DNA of 63,805 nucleotides, the filler included, from Choristocarpus tenellus KU-1152 (lineage: Eukaryota; Protista; Phaeophyceae), in NCBI GenBank assembly GCA_964200185.2. It is 10 parts of 10 records of this genome, joined end to end, with 100 filler letters (N's around TTAATTAATTAA, not from the genome) between each part and the next. Parts side by side here need not be neighbours in the genome. Positions count along the whole stretch, not along the records: positions 1 to 5,056 come from CAXNAD020012017.1; positions 5,157 to 8,688 come from CAXNAD020019415.1; positions 8,789 to 27,273 come from CAXNAD020000546.1; 7 more parts are not named here. The stretch is one strand, 5' to 3'. How positions within the stretch are numbered: position 1 is the stretch's first letter; the number at the start of each line of letters is the position of its first letter. Made by a program: the position numbers and the translations under genes. Below, one piece after another: positions 1 through 12,491 of this stretch. Below the pieces are notes generated by a model. The model searched no databases. It had not been told where the DNA came from and saw only the letters and a program-made list of their open reading frames with translations.

Positions 1-318
1 GTACTCTTGTGGGAGATGGCATATTTCTTGTTGCCAACTCGCGCTTTGATGTGTGTCCTCCACCAGGCCTTGCGGCCATACCCGAGGAGGAGTGCAATGT
101 CTCATATCCGTTTGAAGTTGTGGGCTTCTATGTGTAGTGTCAGCGAAGGGATAGTGTGGAGCCAAACGAATTGAGAGTTAGGCAGTTGTACCCTTTTCCA
201 TTCTAAGCCATCTTTCTTATCCTGCGCAATACAGCCTACCTTGTTTTTTTGTATTTCCACTTGTATATCCTCTCCTTCCTCTTCCCTCCTCCTCCCCTAT
301 CTTCTTTCTTTCCAGAAT

Positions 319-575
319 GAGTGAAAGTATCTTAGAGGGTACGAGTTTTCCCCTATTTGTCCATTTGGGGCTTTGCTTCCCATGTTTTTTTATTACATAT
401 TATCTACTGAAAAATGTTTCGGAGTAGGTAAAATGTGTACGTTATGAAAGGTGTGTCCGGAACAAGGATATTGACACTTCCTAACAAACACGATGGCCAA
501 AATTATATAAAAATCGCAAAATCGGATTTTGGCCCCCAAACGGACGCGGCTCTACACTCTAAGATACTTTGACTC
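319..575 (+). mobile_element. MITE family A copy (Tourist/PIF-Harbinger-like, about 257 bp)
   Basis: TIR GAGTGAAAGTATCTTAGAGGGTA ... TACACTCTAAGATACTTTGACTC; non-coding; several similar copies in the window. Confidence 0.85.
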
Positions 576-2804
576 GCATGCCATTACCACCTTCTGCTCC
601 ATAGGAGCACCACTATCATAGAACACTTACATTTCATACAGCACCAACCTCCGCTCACAATCACCCCATCTTGATGGCTGTGGTGGGACTATTGGAGAAA
701 TATTACTCATCCTGCGCCATAAGGAGTACTGTAGAAACATGTGGAGACGGGGGGGTTGGTTGGGTGTTTCCCATGGACAACTCATTTTGCAATCGGTTCC
801 AGCACCAAGGCTTGTTCAGATATTCCGTTGTGAATAGGGTTCATTGTCCCTGGCTGATTTCAAGCAATGTGATAATTCAACCTTAACTTACCTCATTCGT
901 ACAGAATAGTGTAGCAAAAATGATTTTCCCCCTTTCCACAAACAAAGTGACACCACAGTTCAAAAGGTCTTTCTGCAATTTCAATACAATATTTTTTTAC
1001 CCTTTTTCGCGATCTTTAAAATGCAACCTTGGCTACTCCTCAGTTAGTTTTACTCATGGCATCGGAGTTGGCATCAGAGTTGTGCGTTTGGATGAGAGGA
1101 CGTAGGAACCTTTGGGAATCTACCTTATATTCGGACGGATGCCTTGTATATTTCTCGAGGAAGCAGCTGGAGAGGCTGGAATTCCTCCACCAAAGTGCGT
1201 AAACTATTCAACTTATTCATAATAGGAAGATCGATGATTGAGCTGCTTCTAACTGTCTTTACAATGGTTTGGAGTTCGGTCTGTTGTTGGTGGTGGAATG
1301 CAGTACTTTCACATAATAGATATCTGGGTTTCGCAGAGTGTTTTCAGTTAGTAAGATTTGAGAGTAGGAAAGCAGTGATGCTGTGTTGTTGTTGGGGCTT
1401 GTACTTCATCATACATTATATATATATGGGAGCCTTCGCTATTAAAACAGCAAGCTACACAGGTTTCAGTTGTTCTCTGCGGTGCAGTATTCTTCGCCTT
1501 CCACAATTCTTCTTCATCACATCTACCTCCAAATTGTCAGCGGGCAAAAATATAACAAACTGTATGTGACGGACAGGTCCCGTTGGGAGCTGATCTCAGT
1601 CCAATCCACATCCGTGGGCACACACAAGTGCATTGCGTGCACATTTCTTTGGTATTGGTGATGTTCCCAACAACATCAAGCACAGAGAAGGCTTAAGAAT
1701 TTTCAAACCGCTTGCTGTTGACGGTGATAAGGATGTGACGTCACCGATTGGACCCGAGATTCCATTCAAACCTCTTCGAAGATTTGATGGCTGAGAAGCT
1801 TCGGGTTTGCTAAAAGCACCCCAACATGACACTACGGGGGATTCTGGATACTCCCGGTGACTGATTGGACCCTGCCTCACAACATATATATTAATTGTGT
1901 GATGATTTTTTTTTGGTACTTACAGGACCATGGTGGTTTATGTTGCAGACTATAATAGACCCAAATAGGCGGATAGGTTATGGTGGTATTTTTTACGACA
2001 AATTGTGTTGCTGTTCGAATTCTTTTGAAATTCTATAGCCTGGATGGTCCAGCTCTTCATTCACTCGTCTTTGATAGGTAACTAATAAGATACCTAATAT
2101 AGTATTATGTAGTATATCATTTATCAAGACCAACGAGGGGAGAAAGTCCTTGCAACAATACACCACCTACTACCTGGTCTACAGCCTCCCATAATACTAT
2201 TGTTGTACAATGCTATCGAACTAAATGTATTTTAAAAGAGAAGTTTATAGTATGTCACCACTCACTGGTAAAAATGGTAATGAAGTACGTACAGTGTTGT
2301 ATAATAGTGTGTTTGTTTTGCTCACGAAAATGATTATTGGTATGCTGCAGTTGCCCCAATGAGAAATCCGAGCCGCTGAAATGGTCAGCCCACCCTTACG
2401 TATCAAAGCTAGTACTACTCTTGGAAAACAGCCACCCTATTGTTTCTCTCCTCTTGGGGAACAGACGCGTGCCCAATCCTGCCCCCTGACAAAACAACCA
2501 CAACAAATTATGCGTGTTGATAAAAATATTGTCCTCCCCTTCTCTTCTTAGCCATGAGCATGCCAGCAAAGGAAAAGGTGAATGGGTGGATGGGAAGTAG
2601 TTCCAAGCCAGGACTCTTCTTTTCGTCACCCTCCCTTCTCAGGTAATGTTTTCTCCCCCCCACTGACCAATAACCTCTCCTTCCCAATTTTTGTACTTCC
2701 TAGCTGCTTGCTCTCTTACTGTATTCCAGCTCTTTTTTTAAACTTAAAACCTGAATATTTAATCTCCAAGCTTCACTTCATGACATACTTTCTTCTACCC
2801 AATA

Positions 2805-3064
2805 GAGTGAAAGTATTTTAGAGGGTACGAATTTTGCCCTGTTTGTCCATCCATTTGGAGCTTGGCTTCCGTTGGGGTTCGTATGACATTTTCCTATTTG
2901 AAAAAGAATCAGAGCATGTAAAATGTATATGTTATGAAAAGTGTGTCCAGAACAAGGATATTGGCACTTCCTAACAAACACGATAGGCAAAATTACATCG
3001 AAATCGCAACATTGGATTTTGACCCCCAATGGACGCGGCTCTACCCTCTAAGATACTTTGGCTC
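2805..3064 (+). mobile_element. MITE family A copy
   Basis: Same TIRs; 3-bp flanking duplication ATA (2802-2804 and 3065-3067). Confidence 0.85.
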
Positions 3065-3099
3065 ATAAATATTAGTTTCCCACAGGGAAGCACTCTTTT

Positions 3100-4600
3100 T
3101 CTTATGCTCAAAAAGCGATTTGTATTGGTAGGCTGCAGTTGTTCCAACAACGAGAGATGTGGGCTGCTGCAAATCGCTCGACCACTTGCTCACCAATGCT
3201 ACTCCCAGCTTCGGAGAGCAGTCTCGACATGTTTGCCCCTATTTTGGGGAACAGTATCCGTCCAAGCCCCTCTTCGATATTCTTTTGCAATAACTTCCCA
3301 TCAACACCTATTCCTCAAATCAAACCCCTTTCTAATGCATCTGAAACTCTCTTCGAGCTACCTGCAACTTATTTTATATACGACATAAACATCTCCGTCT
3401 CCGACTTCCACATTCCCACATTCTGAATCTCAATGGGAGAGGAGTTAAGCCCTTCTTGACTAAGATTGTCGCCGGCCCTATCCTCCCACATCTGCGATGC
3501 AAATTCTTAGGGTTCTACGTATGGAACACAATTCGGCAATGCTCCTTTTAGCCTCTCCGTTGCTTCTGCATATACTTGATAGTGGAAGTTTCCTCCCTTC
3601 TGTAGTGTCTTTGTTTGCCCCTTCCCTCTAACAAAATGTTACAAACTCTGAAATCTCTTCGACTGCTTTATCTTCTCCTTTATTCTTCCTGAGCCAAACC
3701 CCTTTAATAATTCTCTGGAGAGTCTGTGTCGACTATCTCAGGTCTCCTCCATATGCTGCCAGAATGCTGTCGGCAATCTCTCATCTGGTCAGTTGGGCTT
3801 CATAATCATAGTACATATTCGCTCTCCCTTCTGTCCGAGCGGCACCTCCTGGCCGGACATTAGTAGACAGGTTGCACACTTTTCAGTTTATCTCGCATTT
3901 CTTGACGTTTCCATCTTCAAATTACAGTCAGCAATCCGTTTTAAATTTCCTTTAAGGTGACCACCCTTGTGGAACCAACCCCCTTGTGTTTCTAGGGTCC
4001 TCATAAGTCTCAATATGTGTCCTACTCTTCTATCTATTGTCTCCTCTCATATACTAACCCATTGGGTCGTCAATAAATTATCTCCCTCCAGTAGCACCGT
4101 TTCTCCTCGCTCCACCAGTGTATCTCTTAGGCCCTCTACCATAGCTCAATCTGCCGTTGCCACCAACCAATAATTCCAAAACATTAATTGAAGAGTTATT
4201 ACTTTACACTCCTTTTATCAGACTGTCTGGAAACTCAGACTTCCGCCAAGCCCTCAACTCTGGACAATAATCCCTCCCACGACCCTTCCACACGCATCAA
4301 ACCACCAGTGCATCTTTGAAGGTCTCTCAATATTTTGGTAAAAGGAACTGAAAATGACTCTCCTTTCTCCAATTTCAGACTGTCCAATGCCCATCTCCAC
4401 CATTCTATGTCTCCCTGGAATTATTTGGTCAATTTCGCCACCTTTCCTACGCTTACTTTGTCCCTACCATTTTTTTCATGAAATATTGTCAACCCCAGGA
4501 GTTGCCATACGATACACCTTTTTGCACGTATCACATACACTGCATGCCATAGCTTTCCTGCTAGCCTCTAAATTTCTCTTACTGTAGCTTATTTTCTGTT
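3100..4600 (-). mobile_element. possible highly degenerate non-LTR retrotransposon relic
   Basis: Strand-skewed, stop-riddled coding-like sequence with no exon signals; no diagnostic motif could be read with certainty. Confidence 0.3.
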
Positions 4601-4999
4601 CCTATCATGCTAAACTTTTACATCGCAAGCATAATCCATTTTAAGACTTTGTGAACGAATCATTTGACCCCCCGTCTTTCAGGTAGAGAATGTTACCGTT
4701 TCAGGTAAAGAATGTTGCTTTTTCGATTTTCAAGATTTCGAACTCGAAGCTTGTGATGCTATCTCCCATGCATCTGTTTGGACCCTAACATCTTGTATTG
4801 TTGAAATGACATGTGAATGTTTCAGACCTGCTGCAAACAAGCACCACCAACTCAAAGAAGACCCTCAATCAAGTTTAAGTCTAAGATCCACTACTTTATA
4901 CGGTTGTTTTATGTAAGCAATCGCGCAAGCACCGGCAGGGTTTATCCCTAAGACTGAACATCCTATGCATACATACTTTTAAGGGAGAGGACTGGATGG

Positions 5000-5056
5000 T
5001 GTAAAAATTGAGGATGAAGCTTTTCATTGAGGATGGGCTTGACCCAAAATTGACTG
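5000..5056 (+). repeat. dispersed repeat family C fragment at contig end
   Basis: AAAATTGAGGATG..CTTTTCATTGAGGATGGGCTTGA..CAAAATTGACTG recurs at 55915-55969 and, inverted, at about 31025-31082. Confidence 0.7.
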
Positions 5057-5156
5057 NNNNNNNNNNNNNNNNNNNNNNNNNNNNNNNNNNNNNNNNNNNN
5101 TTAATTAATTAANNNNNNNNNNNNNNNNNNNNNNNNNNNNNNNNNNNNNNNNNNNN
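5057..5156. other. artificial contig spacer (44N-TTAATTAATTAA-44N); also at 8689-8788, 27274-27373, 30870-30969, 34344-34443, 38551-38650, 41784-41883, 55970-56069, 60351-60450
   Basis: Identical 100-bp structure nine times; the 12-mer places stop codons in all six frames. Confidence 0.98.
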
Positions 5157-5160
5157 AACA

Positions 5161-5398
5161 AGAGCCGCATCCATATGGGGGTCAAAATCCAATGTTGCAA
5201 TTTTGATGTAATTTTAGCTATCATGGTTAATAGGAGAGGTCAATATCCTTTTTCCAGACACACCTTTTCATAGCATATGCCTTGTACCTACTCTGAAACA
5301 TTTTGGAGTAGTTTAAATGTCATTAAAAACCTGTGCGAAGCCAAGCCCCAAATGGACAAACAGGGAAAAACTCATACCCTCTTAAAATACTTTCACTC
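5161..5398 (-). mobile_element. MITE family A copy, truncated by gap
   Basis: Reverse-orientation match to family A ending TACCCTCTTAAAATACTTTCACTC. Confidence 0.8.
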
Positions 5399-7689
5399 AA
5401 AATCATTAGCTGACAGCGTCCTCCACAGTGCTCAAAAAACAAATAGACCATATTTTCAGCCCTTGTGTGTGCCAGTTAGGATTCACTAGCACCACACCTC
5501 AGAGTTCTCTTCTTTTTTTGTATTTATTGCTCATTCCTTGGTTGCTATGACAAATGTAGCCATTAGGGACACTCAGGATCCTGATGAATTATACAAATGA
5601 GCAATGCCCATCATCCCCAAGCCAGGAGGGCGGTGTGAGATATTGCTGCACTTGCACAATGCTCTCATGGTAGGAACAATAAGTTCGCACAGGGTGTTCA
5701 CACTTTGATTATTTGCGTTCAGGTTTCTTATTGCCTAGGTGGGCTGGTATCTGCAGTTTTATACACCTTGTCACACAAGAAAAGCTCAAAATGTGTTCTT
5801 TGTTCTATGTTGTCATTTATCAAAGCTCTGCGTTGCATTATTTTTGTTCTGCATATTTATTTTGAGCCCAACATCCACCCTTACACTGACATATATACCT
5901 TGTCACATAGAGGTCTGTACTGAGTATGCAACACCCTACCGTCACCTCCAAATGCGCCAAGTCCATACCATACTTTGAATAAGGATTTTTTTGGTAATTT
6001 ATCATTTTCTGCCCCTTGTAGAAACTGCACTATAACAACAATGCTCTTTGCAGACCAAAAAATACACCCTCCTACTTCTTTTTTTTCACTTTCGTCTGGA
6101 GACTGTCAAAACCCATGTCAGAAGCACTACACACTGCACTACTTTTTACATACTAAACTACAGTAGTATTGGCTATTGCACGTTTTCATTATTTTCCTCG
6201 ATTAGCTTCCGTTCATGCCTCACTTTACGGTGGGCTCAGTCATGTTGAGACTATTCACTCCGACTCCTCCTCAAATCTTGTGCTGAACTTCCCTCAGCGT
6301 TGCTTGGCAATGAAACCTTGCCACCTCATTCTCAGTCCAGTGTTTTTGTGGCGTAAGTGATGGAATAGTAGATGTAGAGTCCATAGTACTTGCTTGCCAC
6401 ATGAACTTGAAGTGGTCAAAATCAGATTTCCATAACAAGAAGTCTGGTGTCAATGGTGTGAAACTCATGCAGCCAACAGTCTCCAATAACCACTGAGGAT
6501 CTATGAGCAACCCACATGTTCCTGGTCATAATACTCTTGGGAGGGTACCCAACTATGACCAGATATCCAGCATGCTCTTTCAGCTGCATCCTCATAGCTC
6601 TGTGGTTGAAGGCCAACATTCCTTCAGAGGTGAATGTGGGCTTGAGTCCACTTGTGGCCAGTTCTTCTTTGCCAAATACTGGTTTCAATGGTCCAGAGTT
6701 CACATGGCAAGCACAGTGGATATTATATCAATAAGCATGATAGAGATTCCACTGTAAACTATCCACCCACCAGCTTTAATATTTTTTTATGAAGTACTAG
6801 AGCTCTTGAAGAAAGGACGTGCTTGTGAATTGGTTTGCGTGCCTGCAGAGCACTTGCAGCATCTCTTCAGCTCCTTGTCGAGAATAAAGGAGACTGGGAC
6901 ATATGAGTCAAATCATGTGCACATGCTGTTGGGATGCGCATACAAATCAATGCACCCTTTTCAACAAATGCATGGAAAATCTTCCCTTTTTCAATGCACT
7001 GCTACTTCTGTCGGTTTAACCTGGCAATTTGTAGAATTGAGGTTGTAACAATAGTTCATGAGCAGTCACAACCACTTTGTGCACATACATAGGCCATAAC
7101 TGGGGTGTGAGTGTGAGCAGGTGAAACTGAACATGTATACATGGAACAAGAAATGCTCCGTTGTATGATATCCCACCACTCTACTTTGTACATTCGTTAA
7201 CAGTGAGAGGTGGGTCAAGGTGACACTGCCTTCATTAGTGTGTTGGCCAAGGCCACCACCAGGCCATGTGCATCATGCCTCAACTTCTCTTTTCTGAGTT
7301 GACACAGTTGCTCTTCATCTTAATGATTATCGGAAGGGTGAAGTGTTTGAACGCTACATATGCAAATCTGTGAAACTGAGTACCATTTCTTTAAAAGTAC
7401 AACCAAGTATGAAACTACTCTAGAATATTAAAAAAGACTTCAAAGTACCGCACAATACAACAAAGAGCAGAGCTTGGAGTAGGTTGATGGTGATCAAACA
7501 CATATGAGTCGCTCCACCCTGCACCACCCTCTTTATATTTTTCCAACAGATGGTTGTACGGTGTGAGCGCGAGGAAGGCTACCTTTTGCAAGCCTGTTGA
7601 TGCTGAGAATACAGCATCCATCTGGCAAGCACTAAAACTAGTGTGGGGATATGATCGCCCAAGGCAGAACTGAAACAGAGACCTTACGC

Positions 7690-8400
7690 CTTTAACCTTC
7701 CAACACAACTGCAGACACCCTGCAGATCTGGGCATTGGGTCAGAAATAGAAGCACACTGACAAGTCTGTTTGCCTTGGAGGTACTATCAGTGATGAAGCT
7801 GCTATCACCGCCAAGATCAGCCAAAGGGTTCGCAAAGCTTGGAATTGTTTCGACATGTACAGGGCATGTGTTCAGTGACAGGACCTTAGGTGTATTGCTT
7901 GAGCATAAGATCCGAATGTTCAAGGCTGAAGTACATGAGGTTCTGTTCTATCGTTGCATGACATGGGCACCTCACCAGGTCTACTACCTGAGTCTTCGCT
8001 ACAATCACTACAAATCCCTCCAAAGTTGCATCGGATTTTGCGAACAGGAATGCACCGATCGAGCAATGTCCTTAAGATATCCATGTGAAGACTGGGTTCG
8101 AGAGTATCAAGGTAACTGCGAAAACGGAGGCTCCTACTTGCAGGGTCAGTTCCACACAAGGGGAATGAGAATCTTTTCCGGGTGATGTTTGGGAAGCTTG
8201 TAAATAGAAAACTGAAGCGAGGTGGAGAGAACTTGTGGTGGATGTGTCTGCAGGACAACCTTGATAATTTTGCATCACAGCCGAGGGTGGATCGTAGAGG
8301 GCACCCTACCATCACAGAAATTGTTGAAGGGGAAGTGAAGGGAAGCAATGCACTGACCTCCATCGTCTGCAGGGGCGCCTCTGGGTGTTCAGGTGCACAT
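7690..8400 (+). mobile_element. RTE-like LINE 3' relic
   Basis: Frameshifted translation ...SQRVRKAWNCF..., LEHKIRMFKAEVHEVLFYRCMTW, MFGKL..., WWMCLQDNLDNF resembles the region after the RT domain of RTE-clade ORFs. Confidence 0.7.
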
Positions 8401-9289
8401 AAATGTCGTGGTCAAGGCAGGGGGCCTGTCGGCAGCACACTTTTGGGCAGAAGTTAGGGTTCGCTCACACTCTTTCTCTTCTGGGTTTAGCAAGCAGCCT
8501 GAATACCGTCAATGTCTTGCCGCTGGCGGGGTCTGTGCTGACAAAATGCTTTTACTTACCCCTTCTTGAAACACGAACCATAGAGTCTAACAAGGTCATC
8601 AAGCCCCAGTGTGCAGTAAGAGTGATTGGAGGTGGGAGACCCTGTGCACCACACTATCAACCAACAAGGTCTCCATGGGGGCAAGGTTNNNNNNNNNNNN
8701 NNNNNNNNNNNNNNNNNNNNNNNNNNNNNNNNTTAATTAATTAANNNNNNNNNNNNNNNNNNNNNNNNNNNNNNNNNNNNNNNNNNNNTGCATTGTGTCC
8801 GACTCTGCTCATTTCACCACCCATGTCCCGTTCCCTCCATACACCAACCTACAATGCTCTTGGCGTCAAGGGCATCATCTCCATACCTTGCAGGCTTCTT
8901 CCATACCATTTCATCTGGTTCTCAAGCATTGTCACCTTTACTATCGGGTATTCCCCTTTCTCCATGGTAATAGAAGTAAAGATTGCTCGGAGGTTGCCTT
9001 GTTCTAGTCCCTACTTGTCCTGTCCCACCAACCTCACGTCTATGTTTTTATTCTGTCCCATCCCTTCCTACCTCGTGTTTCAACCTACCACTCATTTCTT
9101 CAAGTTCTATCCTATCTAGCAACCCAGTACTCAACTCTTCGTATCCCTTCTCATTTTTCCTCTTTCTTCCCTATCCAACATATGTCATCTCTCCCAGAAT
9201 TCTATAGGTCGCAAAACTCAGATTACTTCTTATACTTCTACATTTACCAAAACTGTTACTTTTATAGGGATCCTTAAGATATATTACAA

Positions 9290-10760
9290 CTCGTGGCGCC
9301 TCTCTTCCCATTTAGGCTATTTGGGAAGGGTCACTCCCCCCACTTGGCACGCTCTACCACGGAGCAAGCAGGTAATACCTCACTGTGGACGCTGGAGAAG
9401 ACAACGAAGGTAGCAGACTCTGTGGGAGCCAGCGAATTCTTTTAATGGGGGTGTGACAATAGGTTTCTCCGCCTGGAGACATACCAAGTACAGGCACAGA
9501 TGCCCGCAAGTTTTGGGGGGTTAGGCCTATCCTCTACGAAGCATCGCCAACATGCAGCCTTTGTAGGATCACTGGTGACTGCTCTCCCCAACCTTTTGCA
9601 AGGCAACAAGGGCCTTATGGAGAGTCTTTCTCCCAAGCTATCTGTATAAGCCCCACAGTAAGGGCCTTGTGATCATCCATCGACACCCTCCTCTCAACAG
9701 AGTCCCTTCGGAAGACTTGGCGGAAATTATTTGCGAAGGATGGGTAACCTGGGGGGGAACAGCGATCCCCACACCTGCCCCAGAGGCCCACACTCTGGCA
9801 GCTCATGATACCAGGATCACAAGGAGGACACAATACGAGATCACCTGCCTCCTTACCAGGATCCACTTTTACTCTTTCTGGACACAATTGGTCGACTTAC
9901 CTGACAAAGTTGAACAAGGAAAGGCAAGTTCCTCGCTAGCCCTGGCCCACCACCAGAGCCAGTGAGGACAAGGGGCAAATGCATGGGCCTCCACACAACC
10001 CCTGGACTCAGCACGCCAGATCCCTCCCATTAGACTCACCGCCAGCAGATTCCTAGCCCTAAACCAAGGCAGGGAGGAGGCGCTATTGAACAGGCACCCA
10101 GTGGCTTGGTGCAGAAGGCAAAATGTGGACTCTAGACATGCTCGTACCTGCCCTAGGGCAGGAGGACAGGTCCGCCAACAAACACCAATTGTAAAGCGTC
10201 TAGGTCAACTCTGTAAGGGAATGGGCATCCTCGCACTATGGAGGACGATAGCCCATTCACAGTGGACCGGAATTTCCGTGTGGATCTGGTCTTCCATACT
10301 GGGGCATTTGCGGATGCTGGATCAGCTCCCTACCGGCACAAAGGCCTTCTTCTAGATGTCACGTTTGCAGAAGTGCCAGAAGCCTCCTATCTACCACACT
10401 CATCCATTAGCAATGGTGTAGCTGCTGCTGCAGCTGAGGCTCGAAAGCACACCCATTGTGAGAGCTCCTTTGACCCTTGTAGTTATAATCTCAACACCTT
10501 CATGGTGGAAAGTCTTGGGCACCTCGGTGAGCAAGCAGAATGTTTTCTGTATTAATTGACTACGCACGTGGTAGGGGGGAGAGGGGCGGGAGGCTACAGC
10601 ACGAAGGGGCTGTCAAATCCCGTTTACAACAGCTTGTGTCCGTCACAACACAAGTAGCTCTGTCAAGACCTGTCATGCGTTTAAAGGTGGAGACACCAGG
10701 GAGATGGGCAAGGAGGAGCTTGTTAGATTCTTAGGATGCTTCCCTAGTTCCTCACCCTGG
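9290..10760 (+). mobile_element. non-LTR retrotransposon relic with restriction-like endonuclease (CRE/R2-type) C-terminus
   Basis: Zn-knuckle-like CRRQNVDSRHARTCPRAG, then EDDSPF..RVDLV, LLLDVT, GVAAAAAEARK, FMVESLGHLG; broken by stops and frameshifts. Confidence 0.7.
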
Positions 10761-11501
10761 GGCACAGGGCTAAGCTAGGTTGGAGGCATAGGAGGGCAGT
10801 GATGTACCATACCTAGTAATAGTAAATAGATCGAAAAATGTCTTTCACATCTACGTCGTTACTTTTTTTTTTATTGGTTGTTCTGATACATATTTGTTTA
10901 TTATGCCCTCTAACTTGTTCCATATGTTTCAAGAGAAGAACAAAAAGTCAATCAAATGTCAGAACAACCCCTCCAAAATAAAGTTATTGACTTGACTTTT
11001 TCACTGACTCACTTCCAAAATCTTCGATGAAAAAGAATCTATAATAGTTTAGGATTATGATGATGTCATAAATCTAACAATATATATATATATTATGTTG
11101 ACCTACAAGATGCCATCATTCATAACATATATATATTTAGGGCTTATACTGGCATATGTATTTATTATTGTTATGCCCTCTGACATTTTCATTTGTATCC
11201 CCAAAATGCCGACGGTATAGTATAATATATATTATGTTGAATTCATTTTCTGTGAATCCTACCTAAACGTTTGATGTCGGGATTCTACCACTCTGTCTTG
11301 TTGGCATGTCCGTTTACTTGATACAACAACAATCACATGTTAACCGTGTACCCGAGCGTTGTTCCTTCCACTGGTCAATTCCACTGGTCCGTATCAATAT
11401 TTCATCTAATTCAATATACCTCCTCACCTAAGAACAAACCGTTGTCTTTGCCATCACACATTGATACTCCCAGTTCAAGGAGTCCCACAAGTTGGACAAA
11501 G

Positions 11502-12491
11502 ATGCTATCATCCAATACACACAATAGATGTGGGCGGGTAGTGTTTGCGATATGGTGTGCGACAGGCTTCGCAGGTTCCCTTATACTAATGGCCACTTCG
11601 TCCGATCTCCTGATCAACCATTCTTTGCGAGGTGCTGGTCCCCGACGTCTGGAAAACAAGGTTGTGAGTATGCGTCCCAATTTTCTTCCAGTGTGCTCCT
11701 CTGTGGTGGCCCCGCCAGCTGCTGGGACCCTGTCTGGCACATATAATCACGATGGAACGTACAATGACGGACGCCCTGTCTTCGTCAATCCTGGAGGGGG
11801 AAAGATTTTCGCTGTTGAGGGGGTGGGACAAGCCACGCATTGGTTTATGACTGGGGGTTCGAGGTTCTTCATGTCAACCACTGGGGATGTCTTCGAGCCA
11901 GTGGACCTCGACCCAACCGTTCTGTGGGCTATGGAGAACTTCGCTGATGAGTGCATGGAAGCAAGCAGGCCGTGTAAAGTGCAGGTGCCAATCACCTGTG
12001 CCCCTGATCACGGAGACTTCAACGGATGCCACACACTCCGTCTGGATGGAATGGGGGTTCCCAAGGTTTTCGAACATAGCATGGAAGTCGCAAACGCCCG
12101 ACCAGTCTATAGGGCTGCAGCGGGCACGGCCGGTTCAATTTACTCAGCAAGAATCTCGGTCTGTCCAAAGGGGGGCACCATGTCTGTCATTGGCCCCACG
12201 TCCACAGTATCCGATGTGTTCATGGCGACATTTTCAAACCTAGACCTTGGAGGAAGATGTGAAATTGATGTCTGGTATGTTACCAAAGCTGGCGGGGAGC
12301 TGGACAGGTCCACGGAGTTCTTCGTTTCCTTGTCCAGCGCACAGGTCCCTACTGAGATTGATGTGTGGTACAGGTATATCCCATCCACCCTAGAGGTCGC
12401 TGGAAGCTTTGCTGTTCAATCAGAGGGATCCGTCCAGTGTGCGAGCATTTCGATGCAGTCTGCGTTGATGACCTCCCAAACACTACAATAA
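11502..12491 (+). CDS. intronless secreted or signal-anchored protein of unknown function (329 aa; ORF open from 11337)
   Basis: Long single ORF; hydrophobic N-terminal segment VVFAIWCATGFAGSLILMA; SLRG..RRL motif; two Cys-bounded modules with RPV(F/Y) cores. Confidence 0.8.
   Translation: MLSSNTHNRCGRVVFAIWCATGFAGSLILMATSSDLLINHSLRGAGPRRLENKVVSMRPNFLPVCSSVVAPPAAGTLSGTYNHDGTYNDGRPVFVNPGGGKIFAVEGVGQATHWFMTGGSRFFMSTTGDVFEPVDLDPTVLWAMENFADECMEASRPCKVQVPITCAPDHGDFNGCHTLRLDGMGVPKVFEHSMEVANARPVYRAAAGTAGSIYSARISVCPKGGTMSVIGPTSTVSDVFMATFSNLDLGGRCEIDVWYVTKAGGELDRSTEFFVSLSSAQVPTEIDVWYRYIPSTLEVAGSFAVQSEGSVQCASISMQSALMTSQTLQ

Noticed and set aside
660-1880. Several short ORFs as a gene
   Set aside because: No recognisable motif or consistent splice chain; probably decayed repeat sequence.
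5101-5112. Recurrent TTAATTAATTAA palindrome as a biological motif
   Set aside because: Nine copies are centred in 100-bp N spacers; it is an artificial six-frame-stop linker.
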